From Spironucleus salmonicida (Eukaryota), in contig NC_090603.1 of the NCBI RefSeq assembly GCF_000497125.1, forward strand, positions 248,001 to 312,000: a DNA stretch of 64,000 nucleotides, given 5' to 3'. Both the position numbers and the translations under genes were made by a program. The notes below the pieces were generated by a model. The model was not told the origin of the DNA. It made no database searches and saw nothing but the letters and a program-made list of their open reading frames with translations. Within the stretch, counting starts at the first letter, position 1, and every line of letters begins with the position of its first letter. Positions 12,639 through 25,030 of this stretch are shown in pieces.

Positions 12639-12825
12639 GGGGTTGGGGGTTGGGGGGGGGGTGAAAATTTCGTATTTGTGTTTAAGGCGGGCTGGGGCGT
12701 AACTTTACCGCCAGAATGTCAGGAAATCACTGGCGCGGGATAAAGCGCCTGGGGGTCAATTAAATAATATATGTTAAATGATATATTTTAAATAATTTAT
12801 TTTAAATGATATATTTTAAACAATT

Positions 12826-12899
12826 TACCCCATAAGGGACTCGAACCCTCAACCTCTAACTTAGAAGGCTAGCGCTCTATCCAATTGAGCTAATGGGGC
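12826..12899 (-). tRNA. tRNA-Arg (anticodon TCT)
   Basis: Cloverleaf: acceptor GCCCCAT/ATGGGGT, D arm GCTC-AATTGGATA-GAGC, anticodon arm CTAGC-CTTCTAA-GTTAG, T arm GAGGG-TTCGAGT-CCCTT. Confidence 0.96.
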
Positions 12900-13078
12900 A
12901 TGTAAATTCTAAATTTATTATACTTTAATTAAATTCAAATATCAATATTTATTACAGCAAAAATTACTATCCAATTTCCACCGTTTAAGCCGCAAAATGC
13001 ATCCCAAACTGGCCCAAGCATTTCCGGCGCGTTCGCCCACCCATTCCTTTATTTGCTCCACTCCTGCGAACCCCTACA

Positions 13079-14401
13079 ATGCTCCCCCTCTGCACCCTCG
13101 CCGCAGCGCTCGTTTTCGGGCAGCTTTTCCGCCGTTTGGGGGCCCGATTCCGCCCGTTTGGGGGCCAGAAATCGCACGCGCCGCTCCAATTTCTGGCTGC
13201 CAGCGACGCCCAAAACGCAGAAATCAGCAGCATCCTGCTGCCCTGCACGGGCCGCTACGACCAGCCAGCGCAGGCGCTGAAGTGGCTCGCAATTCTGGCC
13301 GCTCGCCTCCCAAAGCAGGTCATGTTTTTGGTGGAGTCGGCCAGCGACCCTGCCCTAGGGCACATTTTCCAGTTCTTGGTCGGGATCGGTCTGGAAGCGA
13401 CTTGCGAGATCTAGCGCTGCGGCGGATAAAACTGTGATCAGAACGGCTAGTTGCTTTCTGAGGGTGAAAATTGGCCGTTCCCTGCCTCCACGGTCCAAAT
13501 TGTGATCTCCGGGACTTCTTACGACAAATCGCAGAAGATTCACGGGCTCCTCGCCGCTTTACCGCTTGCAGGGGGCGTGAATTTGGTCGTTCTGGACGAT
13601 GACGTGTTGGTTCAAGCATAGCTGCTGCCAAACTTGGTGAATTCGCTGAAATAAAGTGATATAACGACGGGATATTCTGTAGAATATCCTATTAATAACA
13701 GGAACTACTGGAGCCTGATGATATGCGCTTATCGCGCCATAAACTTGATATCTTTTTCAGGCCCGTAGCCGCCTTTCCTTTGGGGCGGAATGTTCGCGAT
13801 AACGCGGGCGAAATTCGACGAATTTGAAGTGGAAAAGCTATATCAGGACCACTGCTACAGCGAGGACATGAGCCTCTCATTTCTGGCGCGGCAGCGCGGG
13901 CTTAGCATCGGAACAAATTCAGGGTTACTGGCCTCGAACCAAGTCGCTGACGTCAGCTTTATGCAGTATGCCAACTACACCAAAAGATAATTGTACGTTT
14001 TGACGATGTACACCAATAAGGCACATTTTATCTAAAACACACTCATGCTGATGGGGATCGCGTTAGGAGGACTGTTCGTGAACTGCATTCTGGGATTCGC
14101 CGTTTTTCAAGTTTGTAGCGTGGAATTATTATATTAACATTATTATATGGTAATATACATCGTTTGTATTTTTTGGGTCGGAAAAAGTGTAAATGTGGCT
14201 ATCTCGGGCTGCCTAGCCTAGCTGGGGCAAAGTGTAGAGTTAGGGGACTTCCGAATGGGACTGGCGATGGTGGCACATTTGGCACTCCTACCAGTCTTCG
14301 TTCTGTAGGTAGTGTGCACTCGTAGAATTCAGTGGGGCCGGTCGATTTTTGAGCGCCGCGACGGTCGTGTTTTCAGGGTTTTCAAGGATCTTTCGGAGTG
14401 A
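13079..14401 (+). CDS. GT-A fold glycosyltransferase, ceramide glucosyltransferase-like (GT21/GT2)
   Basis: N-terminal TM segment, ILLPC, QKIHGL, VVLDDD, FLWGGMFAI, SEDMSL and C-terminal TMs. CCACTCC upstream; ends GAG-TGA. Confidence 0.8.
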
Positions 14402-14725
14402 AACATATACTGTCAAATAATCTAGAGTAATATCGATCAAATAGAAAGGAATGAAATAAATATAGTATTATTATATATGAATAAATCTAATATTAATACG
14501 CATTTATTATATGATTTCACTCCTTCGATCGATCATCCGGATTTCCGTTATTAGTCTCTACATGGCGAAGTAAAATGTGAAGGATGTATATCGCAATTGT
14601 CTACATTATACGCGCTTCATAGGACAGTACAGCTATGATAGCCGTCGCTAGGGCAAACACTTTTTCAATTTTCTATATTACATATTTTAAATAAATTAGG
14701 TGAGTTTGGTAGTAAAGAGATAATA

Positions 14726-15358
14726 TCACTTGTTTCCAAGCAGGAACATTATTTCCATGCACCAGTCCAAACTTTCGTTATTTACACATGCTATAGCGTC
14801 AAATTACCTATCACCAAATTTTTTGAAGGTTAAATCACCATTTTCACCACCCGCAAAAGCTCTTAATCCCTAGAATCCGTCATCTCCTACAACTAATATG
14901 ATAATAGAGCCGTGCGACATTTTACACTCTTCGTTAAAGCAGCATCTGCTTATTTCGTATACCCTAGATGGCTTTGTCGATATTATCTTTTGCTTTGTAA
15001 TAGTGCGTCTAGCCTAAAGCTATTCTATCACCGTGTCATTTATTACTTATTACTTTAATTCGCTGATTTCCGTCTTATAAGCATAATTTTCTAAATTTAA
15101 ATCTCTAATCTTAGATGTTGAAAATTCCCCTGCACGTATTTAAAAATTCATGCCGCGAATTCTTGTTATTAAGAAATCAGCACAAAGCTATGCTCCTGGG
15201 CCAAAAATAATAAGCTAGTGGTCACTTTGTGAGAAAGGTATTTTAAGTTCTGACACGTCTTCAGTTACCTTATCAAATTTGAAATCTAATGAGTTGAAGC
15301 GTACTGATTTAGGAGTGAATAGTATGTCAGACTAAATATCAACTTTAATCTGGCGCAT
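14726..15358 (-). CDS. Hypothetical 210-aa protein, degenerate kinesin-motor-like
   Basis: Open code-6 frame ending AAG-TGA, with FKFDKV and EFSTSKIRDL echoing kinesin motifs. Confidence 0.6.
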
Positions 15359-15487
15359 TTAAAATATATAGACAATACCTATTAAATATAATTAATAATA
15401 TGTTATGAGAATTATTTATTTTATAAATATAATTTTTAGTTTTGTATAATAATTATATTACCCTTCCAATAACCACTTCACTTGATA

Positions 15488-16303
15488 ATGTCTAATTAAA
15501 CTCACCCAGTCACCTAATTTGTCAATGAGTTTTTTGCACCAGATCGTGTACTTCTATCACCAGAACTTTTCTATCAGCTCGATTAAGATATTGCTCTTAC
15601 ATTTGATCAGGCAATGAAAATCCCAGTATTTAATTAAAAAATGACACAGTATGGTGAAACGGCTTTCATCGATGCTATCAACCGCTCAGAAACAGTTCAG
15701 CTATACAATAACAAAATATAGTTAAAACTGAAGTCAAAACCTCTAAAAATTTGCATTTGCAAAACTGGAATCACCTCAGTTGATATATAGGATCTGCTTA
15801 AAAGCTTAGAAATTGTGAAACTAGATCGTTTCTCAGTAATGGCAACCCTAACTTTTGACGAAGAGAAAACGACCAGTGCATCTCTGCAAGCATGCCTTGA
15901 AAGTGCTGGATTCTAAAAAATTTCATTTTAAAATGAGCCCCTGCGTGATGCTTTTAGAAGAATCACAATGGCTGGTGGAATTACCCCGGCACAAGTAAAG
16001 GAAATCCATGACAATTATCATAAGGCTCTTAATGACAAATTAGTAGCTTCAAAGCCCAAAGGTGTTTATGATATGAAGACAGAGGAATTCAAGAAGGAAA
16101 GTGGTTATGGAAAGGATATTGAGGTTCAAGCAACCAAATTAAGGGAATTCATAAAAGATGTTTACGACGGAAAGAAGGAGTGGAAAACGGTAGAAATGGC
16201 TTCCTCCCCTGTAGTCAGCAAGAATGCGGCTAAAAGATTATGGTGCAACGAGAAGCAAAGAAATGGTAAGAAGCTTGAAAAAGAGGTCGAATAAACGGAG
16301 TGA
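15488..16303 (+). CDS. La-motif (LARP-like) RNA-binding protein
   Basis: N-terminal FFAPDRVLLSPELFYQLDQD...IPVFNQKM...FIDAINRSETVQL resembles the La winged-helix motif, followed by an RRM-sized segment. Ends GAG-TGA. Confidence 0.6.
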
Positions 16304-16323
16304 TTTCTCTTATGAAATAGTTT

Positions 16324-17448
16324 TCAGTTCACTCTATACCACGGGCTTAGCGATTTAAAAATCTCTTCTAAGACCTCAAGTTTAGCAATTTCAAATTGAA
16401 TTCCATTTTCCACTCCAATTTCTCGAAGCTCAGGGGCCTGCTAATTTCTGTTAAAGCCTCCCCTGTTGCGAGTTTCGGTATCAGCACGGAAAACTTCATC
16501 GAAAAGGTAATGGAAAACCCTGTTATTCTGTCCCAGCGGATCGATGATTTTCCAGAGCTAGAAAATGATTTTCGGCGGTAATATCACAGAATTGGAGTGA
16601 AAAACCAATTTAAAAATGAAATTGAAGGCCAGCACTTTAAGGAAATTTGCAACAATTTCAGCGAAATTTGAACCGCGCAAAAAGCTTGAAAAATACAGCA
16701 AAACGCACTAAATAACGCTATTTACGATCATGGTAATAACAAAGGGAAATACTGGAAACCGCAGAGCAAAAACGAGCTGGCAGCTCAGATTTTGACCATT
16801 TTGATACCCGTAAATTTTTAATTTGTAAAATAATTTTTATATATTATTATATATTCTACTGAATATATTTGGAAGCCGTAGAATAATCTCAAAATAAAAA
16901 TTACCGGCTTTACTCGTATTTTCACCAATGCCCTAAATGGCCTCTGTATAAGACGTCCCGACGACAATCTGCGAGTTCGTTTTGTCCAAAAACGCGTTGT
17001 ACGGCGCTGCCAGAATTTGCTGGGAAATGAAAAAAGGAACGGGATAAATTTTTGACAAAATTCTTTCCACTTCACTTCGCGGAGTGGGAATGGAACCCAC
17101 CACCAGTGGACTTTGAACAGTTTTTTCGAAATATTTCGAATTTGGGTCAAAAAATCTTTCGGAAATTTGGAAGTAGAAAATTTCGTCAAAGCGATAATGC
17201 GTTTTTAGGGGATAAAAAGTCGATAAATTAGCGGTTTGGTCAGCCAAAAACTGGTGCACATTCCGGCCGTTTCGGGTGAAAATAAGCGAAATTTCAGTGT
17301 TTTCAGGCACGATTTTGTACTGAAATTGCGTTTTCAGCTGCAGCTGCGCGATGAGGAAAATCTCGCGAATTGAGAGGTCTTAGACCGATTTCGTGAAGGA
17401 AATTTTCGGCCCTTTCGTTCTGCAGTAGAAAAAAATCTCGTAGAACAT
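16324..17448 (-). CDS. Hypothetical protein (374 aa)
   Basis: The frame from ATG 17448 to TGA 16324 is open under code 6 and includes ORF 16933..17310. Confidence 0.65.
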
Positions 17449-17484
17449 TTTTAAATAATGTATATTAATATATAATAATATGGT

Positions 17485-18093
17485 TCAGTCAAAAGATGGT
17501 GGAAGGGAGGAAAAATCGGGTTACTAATATTAATATTATATATTATTAGGATAAGTTTGCTGGGGGTGATTATTATTGGGTGATTAGAGATTATTATTGG
17601 GTTATTAGAGATTTTAACAAGCAAATTGACAGCTTTAAGAAGCAAATTGGTCGGTTGGTTAGGGGTTATTTTAATTCACGGCCCAATTTTTAGCGTAATC
17701 GTCGTATCCGTAATTTTGAGGCTCGTAGTTCAAATTCATCTCATCTACTTGGTAGGAACTGGTTTATTGCTGCATTTAGGGCTGTTAGAGGTACTGCTAA
17801 TCGTATTAGTTTTGCTGCTATTGCTAGTTGCTGTTATTCTACTAATAGTTCTATTACTAGCCAGGATATTCGTTCCTGACGTCATAGTTCGATTGCTGTG
17901 TATGGTAGCTCTACTGTTATTATTAGTATTGTGCTTATTAGTATTACTATTAATATTACTATTAGTACTGCTCATCGTATTGTTGGCTCTACTTTTTGTG
18001 CTTTCCGAATGGCAGCGAGCCGGAAATGTCATTTGTCAGTTCGTTCGTCACATTCCCGATAGCGCCCTCAATTGCGTTTTTAATGAATTCCAT
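17485..18093 (-). CDS. Q/N/Y-rich low-complexity protein (202 aa)
   Basis: MEFIKNAIEGAIGNVTNELTNDISGSLPFGKHKKQSQQYDEQYQQQYQQQYQQAQY... Many Gln residues are encoded by TAA/TAG. Stop TGA at 17485. Confidence 0.75.
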
Positions 18094-18139
18094 TTCTGAG
18101 GCAAGTAGGGTTGGTATATAATAATTGAGATGCAGAAAT

Positions 18140-19714
18140 TCAGACCGTAAAACTGTCTATCTGCTACTAAAAGTAGAGGTTCAGCTTTTTCAGATTTTCC
18201 ACTTCCTCGTCGTAGACGTTCAGGGGCTTCCGCTTGTCCTGGGATTGAATATTAGAGAGTTTTTCGTCAAAGCTTTTTAAAGCGTAGTCGATAGGGTTTA
18301 CTATAGTGTCTTTTGTAGGATTTGCTGGCTTTTATGATAATGTTGTTTATTTGGTGCGGATATGCTTAACTGCATAAGGGTCTTCCATTGTGGCATAGGG
18401 CTGATATTGCACTTTCTTAGGCGAAAATGCGATGTCTTAGGTGTCATCATATCGTGGAGCAATTTTTTACGGAGGTCTTAGCGCAGGCTTAATAGGTTTC
18501 CTAGCAACGATACCAGGGATTCTGCTTTGCACTTAATTTTAGGCCAATATAGGCTATTTAACTATTTTTGACTGTTCTGGACAAACTTGTTCCTGCTATT
18601 ATTTCGTGATTGTTTTGGTATTTTAGGGATTATGTGCAGTATTTGTAACTTTTAGAACATCTATATTCTCGTCACTAACGCTAATTTGTGATAATTCACA
18701 AATAGAAGACTGCTGAATAGCAGAACTGTGTTTTTTTAGTTACCCAGTAATTACTGGTTATGGTGTATCTTACCAATTTGTCTTCTGCTCCTGTAAATAA
18801 AGGATTTATTTTTACATTTGGAGCATTTACTCCTAAAGAATTTAATTTTACTGCAGCATAGATTTCTATTACTAAATAACCTAGTTTTGAGTTAAGTTTT
18901 AGCTTTAAATTTCGTGCTAGAATTCCTGATATATATTGACGCTAGAGGTAGGTTCCTCTGGTATGGATTAAACTGGTTCTAAGATTTCTAGTTGGGTGGG
19001 TTGGGCAGGTGATTTATTCAACAAATTGTCAATTTTGCTTAAAAGATCGTCCATTTTTTGTGTTTACTAATTAATAAAATCTGCTTAAATAACCGACTCG
19101 TGCTTATAGAATTGTCTTTAAACAAAATCTTCAGTTTCTTTGTCCAGCTCTTGGTCCTTAAGTTTTTTAATTCTGCTGATTTTTGAAGTAGGTGCAATAA
19201 GTGGAGATAGAGATTTCTACATATTCCTACTGGTAGGCTGAGACAGCTTAGCAGGGCTAGGGGTTGGAAAATGCAGACTGCTTTCTTGGGGATTTTAACG
19301 AGGCTTTCCCTTGAAGTTCCATTTCTCAACTTTAGGTGTAGGCTCATATCGTGGTATTTCAGAAGTTTCTAAAGGTATTGTTTCAGATATTTCAGTGTAT
19401 GATGATTCTGAGCTTTCGTCTTTTTAGTCAACAATTTTCCTTCTGAAAATTGGTCTATATGGTGAGTCTAGAGTATTCTACTCTTATTATTAATCTAATT
19501 ATTGTGGCGATGATTAAACTTACTAGAGCTTTGTATCTTATAAAATTCGCTCTGGAATCCCAGATTTTGACAGATGATATTAAGTCGGATCAGTTTCATC
19601 AATAATTGAATATTAATTAAAATCTCTGTCCTTTGTTGGATATTTCAGTATAATTTGTTTGGTTGGGGTGGATGATATTTTTTAAAACTGTGGGCGATTT
19701 TATGAAACCCTCAT
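18140..19714 (-). CDS. Hypothetical Q/S/P-rich, largely disordered protein (524 aa)
   Basis: The 1575-nt frame has no in-frame TGA (TCA positions checked). Confidence 0.75.
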
Positions 19715-19768
19715 TTATATTTTTAAAAATATATTTATAATACTATATATCTAAATCATTAAACTTTC

Positions 19769-21271
19769 TCAAAACCCACCAAAAATACATCCATCAATAA
19801 CTCCATACTTTACCTTAATTCCTTCTATTTCTTTCTAAATACCACTGTTACTGCATGCCAAATCCTTTTTTCGGGCATCAAGTTAGTTAACAAGTTGCTC
19901 ATATCTTTCACTATCAATTTCAAAGTTAATCACTTTATTCATTGATTTGACACAGTATATAAAAGATCCAGGTTATTAGCAGAATAAAAGTTATGTATTA
20001 TTATCAATAAAGTAATTATCAATTTCTAGTGTTATTTAATATAGCAAAGACTTCAATGATGTTATTGTTTAATGGTTCATACTTTATTATTATATTTCTA
20101 ATATATTTTTTAGTAAGCATAATTATTTATGATTTTCAATAAATTAAAATGAATCATCGAAATTGTTAAAATGAAACAATGGAGTTTAAGGAAATTATTG
20201 TTAACATATTTGACTAACCGAAAATTAAGACACCTACTTATATTGGTGCAATAGCTACTAATTAATTATACAGTTTAAAGATATTCTTACACATTAGTCC
20301 AATATATTTTCTGCACGGTTTAATAGATAGTAGTCATAGTTTAGTAAAATCGATAAAATTTAACTAAAAACTCTATAAATAGTAATAATAGATATATCTT
20401 ATTCGAAATTAACAGATTTTATATTTAGATAATCTAATTCTTATTAAATTTCTGAACTAGATAAAATCTATAAATCTGGATACTGTTACATTGAATAATT
20501 TAGCAACTCATCAATCATATTAAATTATGTAACTTCTTCGATAGTGCTAGACTGTGGCGTGAAAGATTCAATCTTTGGAGTAGAAAAATATGAAGTTTAA
20601 GAAACAGCTTCTAATTAAAATGTATAGATTTAGGTAATTTCTAATATTTTTTAGAAATTAAATTCATTGAGTAATTATTTTATCGTAAAATAAGCAGGAT
20701 TAAGACAATTTTCAAAAACAATTTTTTCTGTCTGCTAAATAATTTTGTCTAAATTTTCATACTCAAAATGACTTAGAAACTCCTCATTTTCAAAATTAAA
20801 TTATACATTAAATATTTTTGATGCAGATTATATTGATGCAACCAAGACGGCATTAGGGCAATAGTCTATACATGATTACAATGAAAAGAATTACATAAAA
20901 ATCTATTTAGCGATAATACAAATTTCACTACCATATTCTAAGTCATCAGTTAGGTATTCTGCTTAGTTTATAGTATGAAATATCTTACATTTTTCTTCAA
21001 ACAATGAAAGATCCGAAAACTCGTCGATTTCGTTTAATATTTTTGGAGTTTTTAAGTTCTTCTTCAATTAAAGCTCATAAATTTTGGCTGAGGGTGGAGG
21101 GTGTAAAGGAGAAAATATTTTTGGTGTGGAAATAATTACAGGCTAATTATTTAAATTTTATGGTGATGTGGATGTCCTGAATGTAAATTATTGTCGTGAG
21201 TGCATTGCCCTTATTCGAGCATTAGAGTTATTCTGTATTCTGATATCTAAAAGTTATGCTTCACTGTACAT
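19769..21271 (-). CDS. Hypothetical protein (500 aa)
   Basis: A 1503-nt code-6 frame (MYSEAQLLDIRIQ...) in AT-rich DNA, invisible in the standard-code track. Confidence 0.65.
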
Positions 21272-22396
21272 TTAGAATTTTGAATATTTATGTAGAATAC
21301 AATAATATATTAAAATTAATAGTTTATCGAAGAGCAAGTAAATAATGTAGATTAATTTAAAAATAAAATAGCTTATATTATTAAAACAATTTAAAGCTGT
21401 AGATGATTTTATATCAAATAAATATCTATACTACTCATTTATACAACGCTATAAAAATTAATACGTAAATGATTTGCCAGGTGTTTAGTTTTTCTTAATT
21501 GACAAAATCTATAGGAAGTATTGAGAATCTAAGAAATTATTTATATCAAATGTGAATAATGTTAAACACTATACTAAATATATGTTATAACAAACTTATA
21601 ATTCTTATTATTCTAAACGTTGCGCATTTTTAAAGATTGTCAAAAATTTATTATTCATTATCATTATCAACCAATATTCTAGTTCATTGCAGAGATTTAA
21701 ATAATTGTCATAGAATTAAAAGTAATGAAATTGGTTGTTATATTAGGTATGCAAGTTAGTTTTTTTCGTATAATAAAAGAAACTACATGTTCTGAATTAA
21801 AAATATGATTTAAGTATGTGGATAATCTTCACACTAATAATATTCTATTGGTTATAATGTTAATTCTTACCTGAAGATAATCCCATGCTGAGTTAATTAA
21901 CAAGACAATTCAACATGCAATGATTCGTAATAATACCTTTAATTTGATATTAGTACGCATAAAATATAAAATATCATAATAATGATATAAAAGTATAGCA
22001 CTTGTAAATAATATCAATAAAGAACAGTAGATATAGATTCTATTTAAATTTTAAAAAATTATCGTGGCTAAGTTAATAATGTCTACTATCAGTTAAAGAA
22101 TGCAATTAAATTTTATTAAAAATTATTTGCTTCTCTATAAACTTTGGTAACTATTTTGTTATTTCATACAAAAATGGTGTAGTTAATTCTTAGTTCTGTA
22201 TAAGTAATATAACTTTATACTATTTATTATTTCGATTCATATGATAATAATACTAGGGTTACTGAATACCTATAATATTCATATCACCACTAAATAGATC
22301 TTTATCAACTATGTAAAAGAATGTATAATGTTTTTTAGATATGAGATAATGTTATGAAATAAGTAAAAATAATAATATTAGTTAATTCCAATTGCT

Positions 22397-24520
22397 TCAC
22401 AAAAATGCTTAAAGTTCTTTAGGCGAGAAAATGATTCCTTTTTCTACGTCACTTTTCAAAAATGTACTTTCGTAAAGATAGCAGAAAAATACTGTATCTA
22501 TAACTATGCTGATTATATTCATTATATAGTAGCTTAGAATGTAACTTCCTATTGTAGAAACAATAATAGGAGCCACTACCATTTCAGGTTACGAAGTTGA
22601 TTTTACTAAGAAATAACAAATGACTCCGGAAGATACAGAGATTAATATCTTACCAACAAATAAGAAAAACTTTGAAATACCTTTTACGCCTACAGAAGTA
22701 AATAACGATCCAAGAATGAGTCTCAGAGTTTTCCCAGTAGCTATAAAATAACCATCACCGGTTATTGCAGCGCATACTTGTATGTTTCTATTTATCCACT
22801 CAGTTATTTTTTGAAGACAGCGAAGACAGCACCTAGTAAACCAAACAGCTGCTTAAATTATCTTAGATTATGCCAGTTTATTACTAGCTTCCATACGTTT
22901 TACAATATATTCAAAACACCATCTTAGTAAGACTACAAACGCCGTTATAAAAGATGTAACTAGTACAGTACCAAATGATTTAAAATAGCATTTTAACGCA
23001 TTTGAGAATAATTTAGGGATACGAGCGCTCTTATCCTCGGTAAAATACCATTGTACTACGCACGCGGAGACAATATATTCAAATGAGCAGTAAATAATAA
23101 AGAATCCCCAGATAATTGTGAAAATCATACTGACAAAGTAAAACACCTGCAAATACTAGGTTTCTGGTATTATTAACCCATCAGTGTCGACCATTTTTAT
23201 GAAGCTGAAGCTGTTCGTTAAGGCATCATAATTCCCAGAAATGTAGTAAAAGTATGTTAGCGGTACGGTCCATGCGACATGAATTAGACTAAATACCACG
23301 AAAATGATGGGAAGAAAGAATACAAACCATGTACGCGTTAGCGATGTCAGTGCAGCCTTAATCGTGCCGCTAGCTATCAAAATAGCCTTCGAGAAAATCA
23401 AAATCATGATAACAAGAACTCCAGCTACAATAGACATAAGGATACCGCCACTCAAGAACCATGTGTACTGGTTTTTGAGCGACTGATTAAAAATACCAAA
23501 CGCCTCCTGTTGGAACCGAAACTGAGCTTCGATGAAGAGGTAGTTGCTGAATAAGATATACATTCCGAAACCGAGAGCACCAAGGCCACAAACCATGGTA
23601 AAACCTAACGTAAAACCGACCAAGAAACGCAAAAGGATCAAGTAAACTACCATCAGCGCCACAGACAGCCCAATAGAAGCTAAAACGTAGCTCCAGTGCG
23701 CCTCGATCTCCGTCACGAAACTACCGGCGATGCCGCTGAAAAAGCCCTCCAAATAGGTCGAGATCCCGCCAATGACCTACAGCTGCTAAATCGTTTTTAT
23801 GTAGTCGATACCGCAATAATCGATGCCAATAGCGCTAAAAATCGTCACCGGCGCACTGTCGCTAGATAGCTTATGGCACATGTTCCCCAGGTACGTGTTG
23901 CTAACATCGACCTTCACGGCGGCCTACAGCATGCTATCCAGCGCTGCGGAGGTCTGGAAGACATCCGTTTCTGTCGCAGTCGCAATTTTGTTGTAGAGGG
24001 CCAGGAACTCAGCTGAACACAGCATTTGCTTCCCAGATGCACTGCAGTCCTAGTTCTTGGGGACGCACACGAATCCCGATAGCGTTTGGAACGCCTTGGT
24101 AGCGCTTTGATCGCTGTTCCAGGTCTGCGCGCTCCTGAAGAGTATTTTGGAGGCAGTGGAGTTGAAGATACCACCCGATTGGAGTGTTGCACAGTCGAAG
24201 CTCGACTGTGCCACAGCGACGAAGACGGGGCAGAACGCTGTGATCTGGGCGAAGTTCGTCAGAAACGTCGAAAAGTCGGATGCGAAGGGGTCGATTTGCG
24301 TGGCCTGACCACAAATTCGGCGGTTTCCATCTGACGGGGATATGATAATAGTAGTCCTGCTAATATCACTGGAGATGTTAGTTTGCGTTGCGAAAATGGC
24401 GATAATGAACGCTATCCAGCCTAAGAAAAACAGGATGCACAAAATATCACGAGATTTGCGCGTATGGGGCTGCGCGAGCGTGCAGTGGTAGGTGGGTTCG
24501 GTGGTGCGTTTATTACGCAT
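22397..24520 (-). CDS. Choline transporter-like protein (CTL/SLC44)
   Basis: RKSRDILCILFF, SDGNRRICG, Cys-rich ectodomain, multiple TMs, SFGTVLVTSFI and IDTVFFCYLYE. ORFs 24050..24601, 23156..23752 and 22868..23152 share one frame. Confidence 0.9.
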
Positions 24521-25030
24521 TTCTGAGTTTTGTTTGAGGGGTTCTAAATAAATAAATATAAATATGCAATTTTTGAAACTAAAGATTCTTAGTTTTTTCA
24601 TAGGAGGATTTAGTGTGTTAACTGAGCAAATTTCAAAAAAGTGGTTGAAAATGGTTTAATAGAAAATTAGGGTGTGAAGCGGTTGAAAACGGCTGTTTAT
24701 GACGGAAATTATTCAAGAAATGTATGGTTAGAGGGAAATGTGTGAAATGACGTTTTCGTGGCAGTGATAATTAGGTGATTTTGCGTCAAGATGTCACAGC
24801 GTGGGAGCTGATTGCTTCTGAGACAAAATAGGATAATTATAACGGATTATGTATAGGATTCCGTTAGAATAAATAATTATCGTGTTTTTAGAAAACTTGG
24901 TTAAAATTAGGGCTTTTGTTACTCTCTATTAAAATATAACGATTCCTTTGCATGCTGTATTTACTTTAGGCATCCCTGCGTATATTTTAGCTTTTTGTTT
25001 TTAAAGCGTACTCGATAAACTATTTGAATA

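Noticed and set aside
12695..12750. Hairpin as a SECIS element for the upstream TGA at 12636
   Set aside because: There is no AUGA/GA quartet with an extended second helix on the plus strand, and the upstream protein has no redox-like Sec context.
12772..12820. Direct repeat TTAAATGATATATTTTAAA x2
   Set aside because: A short low-complexity AT duplication, not an array or a mobile-element end.
16312..16671. Plus-strand 119-codon ORF
   Set aside because: It lies almost entirely antisense to the longer 16324..17448 frame.
17626..18099. Plus-strand poly-Leu/Val ORF that looks like a multi-pass membrane protein
   Set aside because: It is the antisense shadow of the Gln/Asn/Tyr-rich minus-strand gene: TAA/TAG/CAA read as TTA/CTA/TTG on the other strand.
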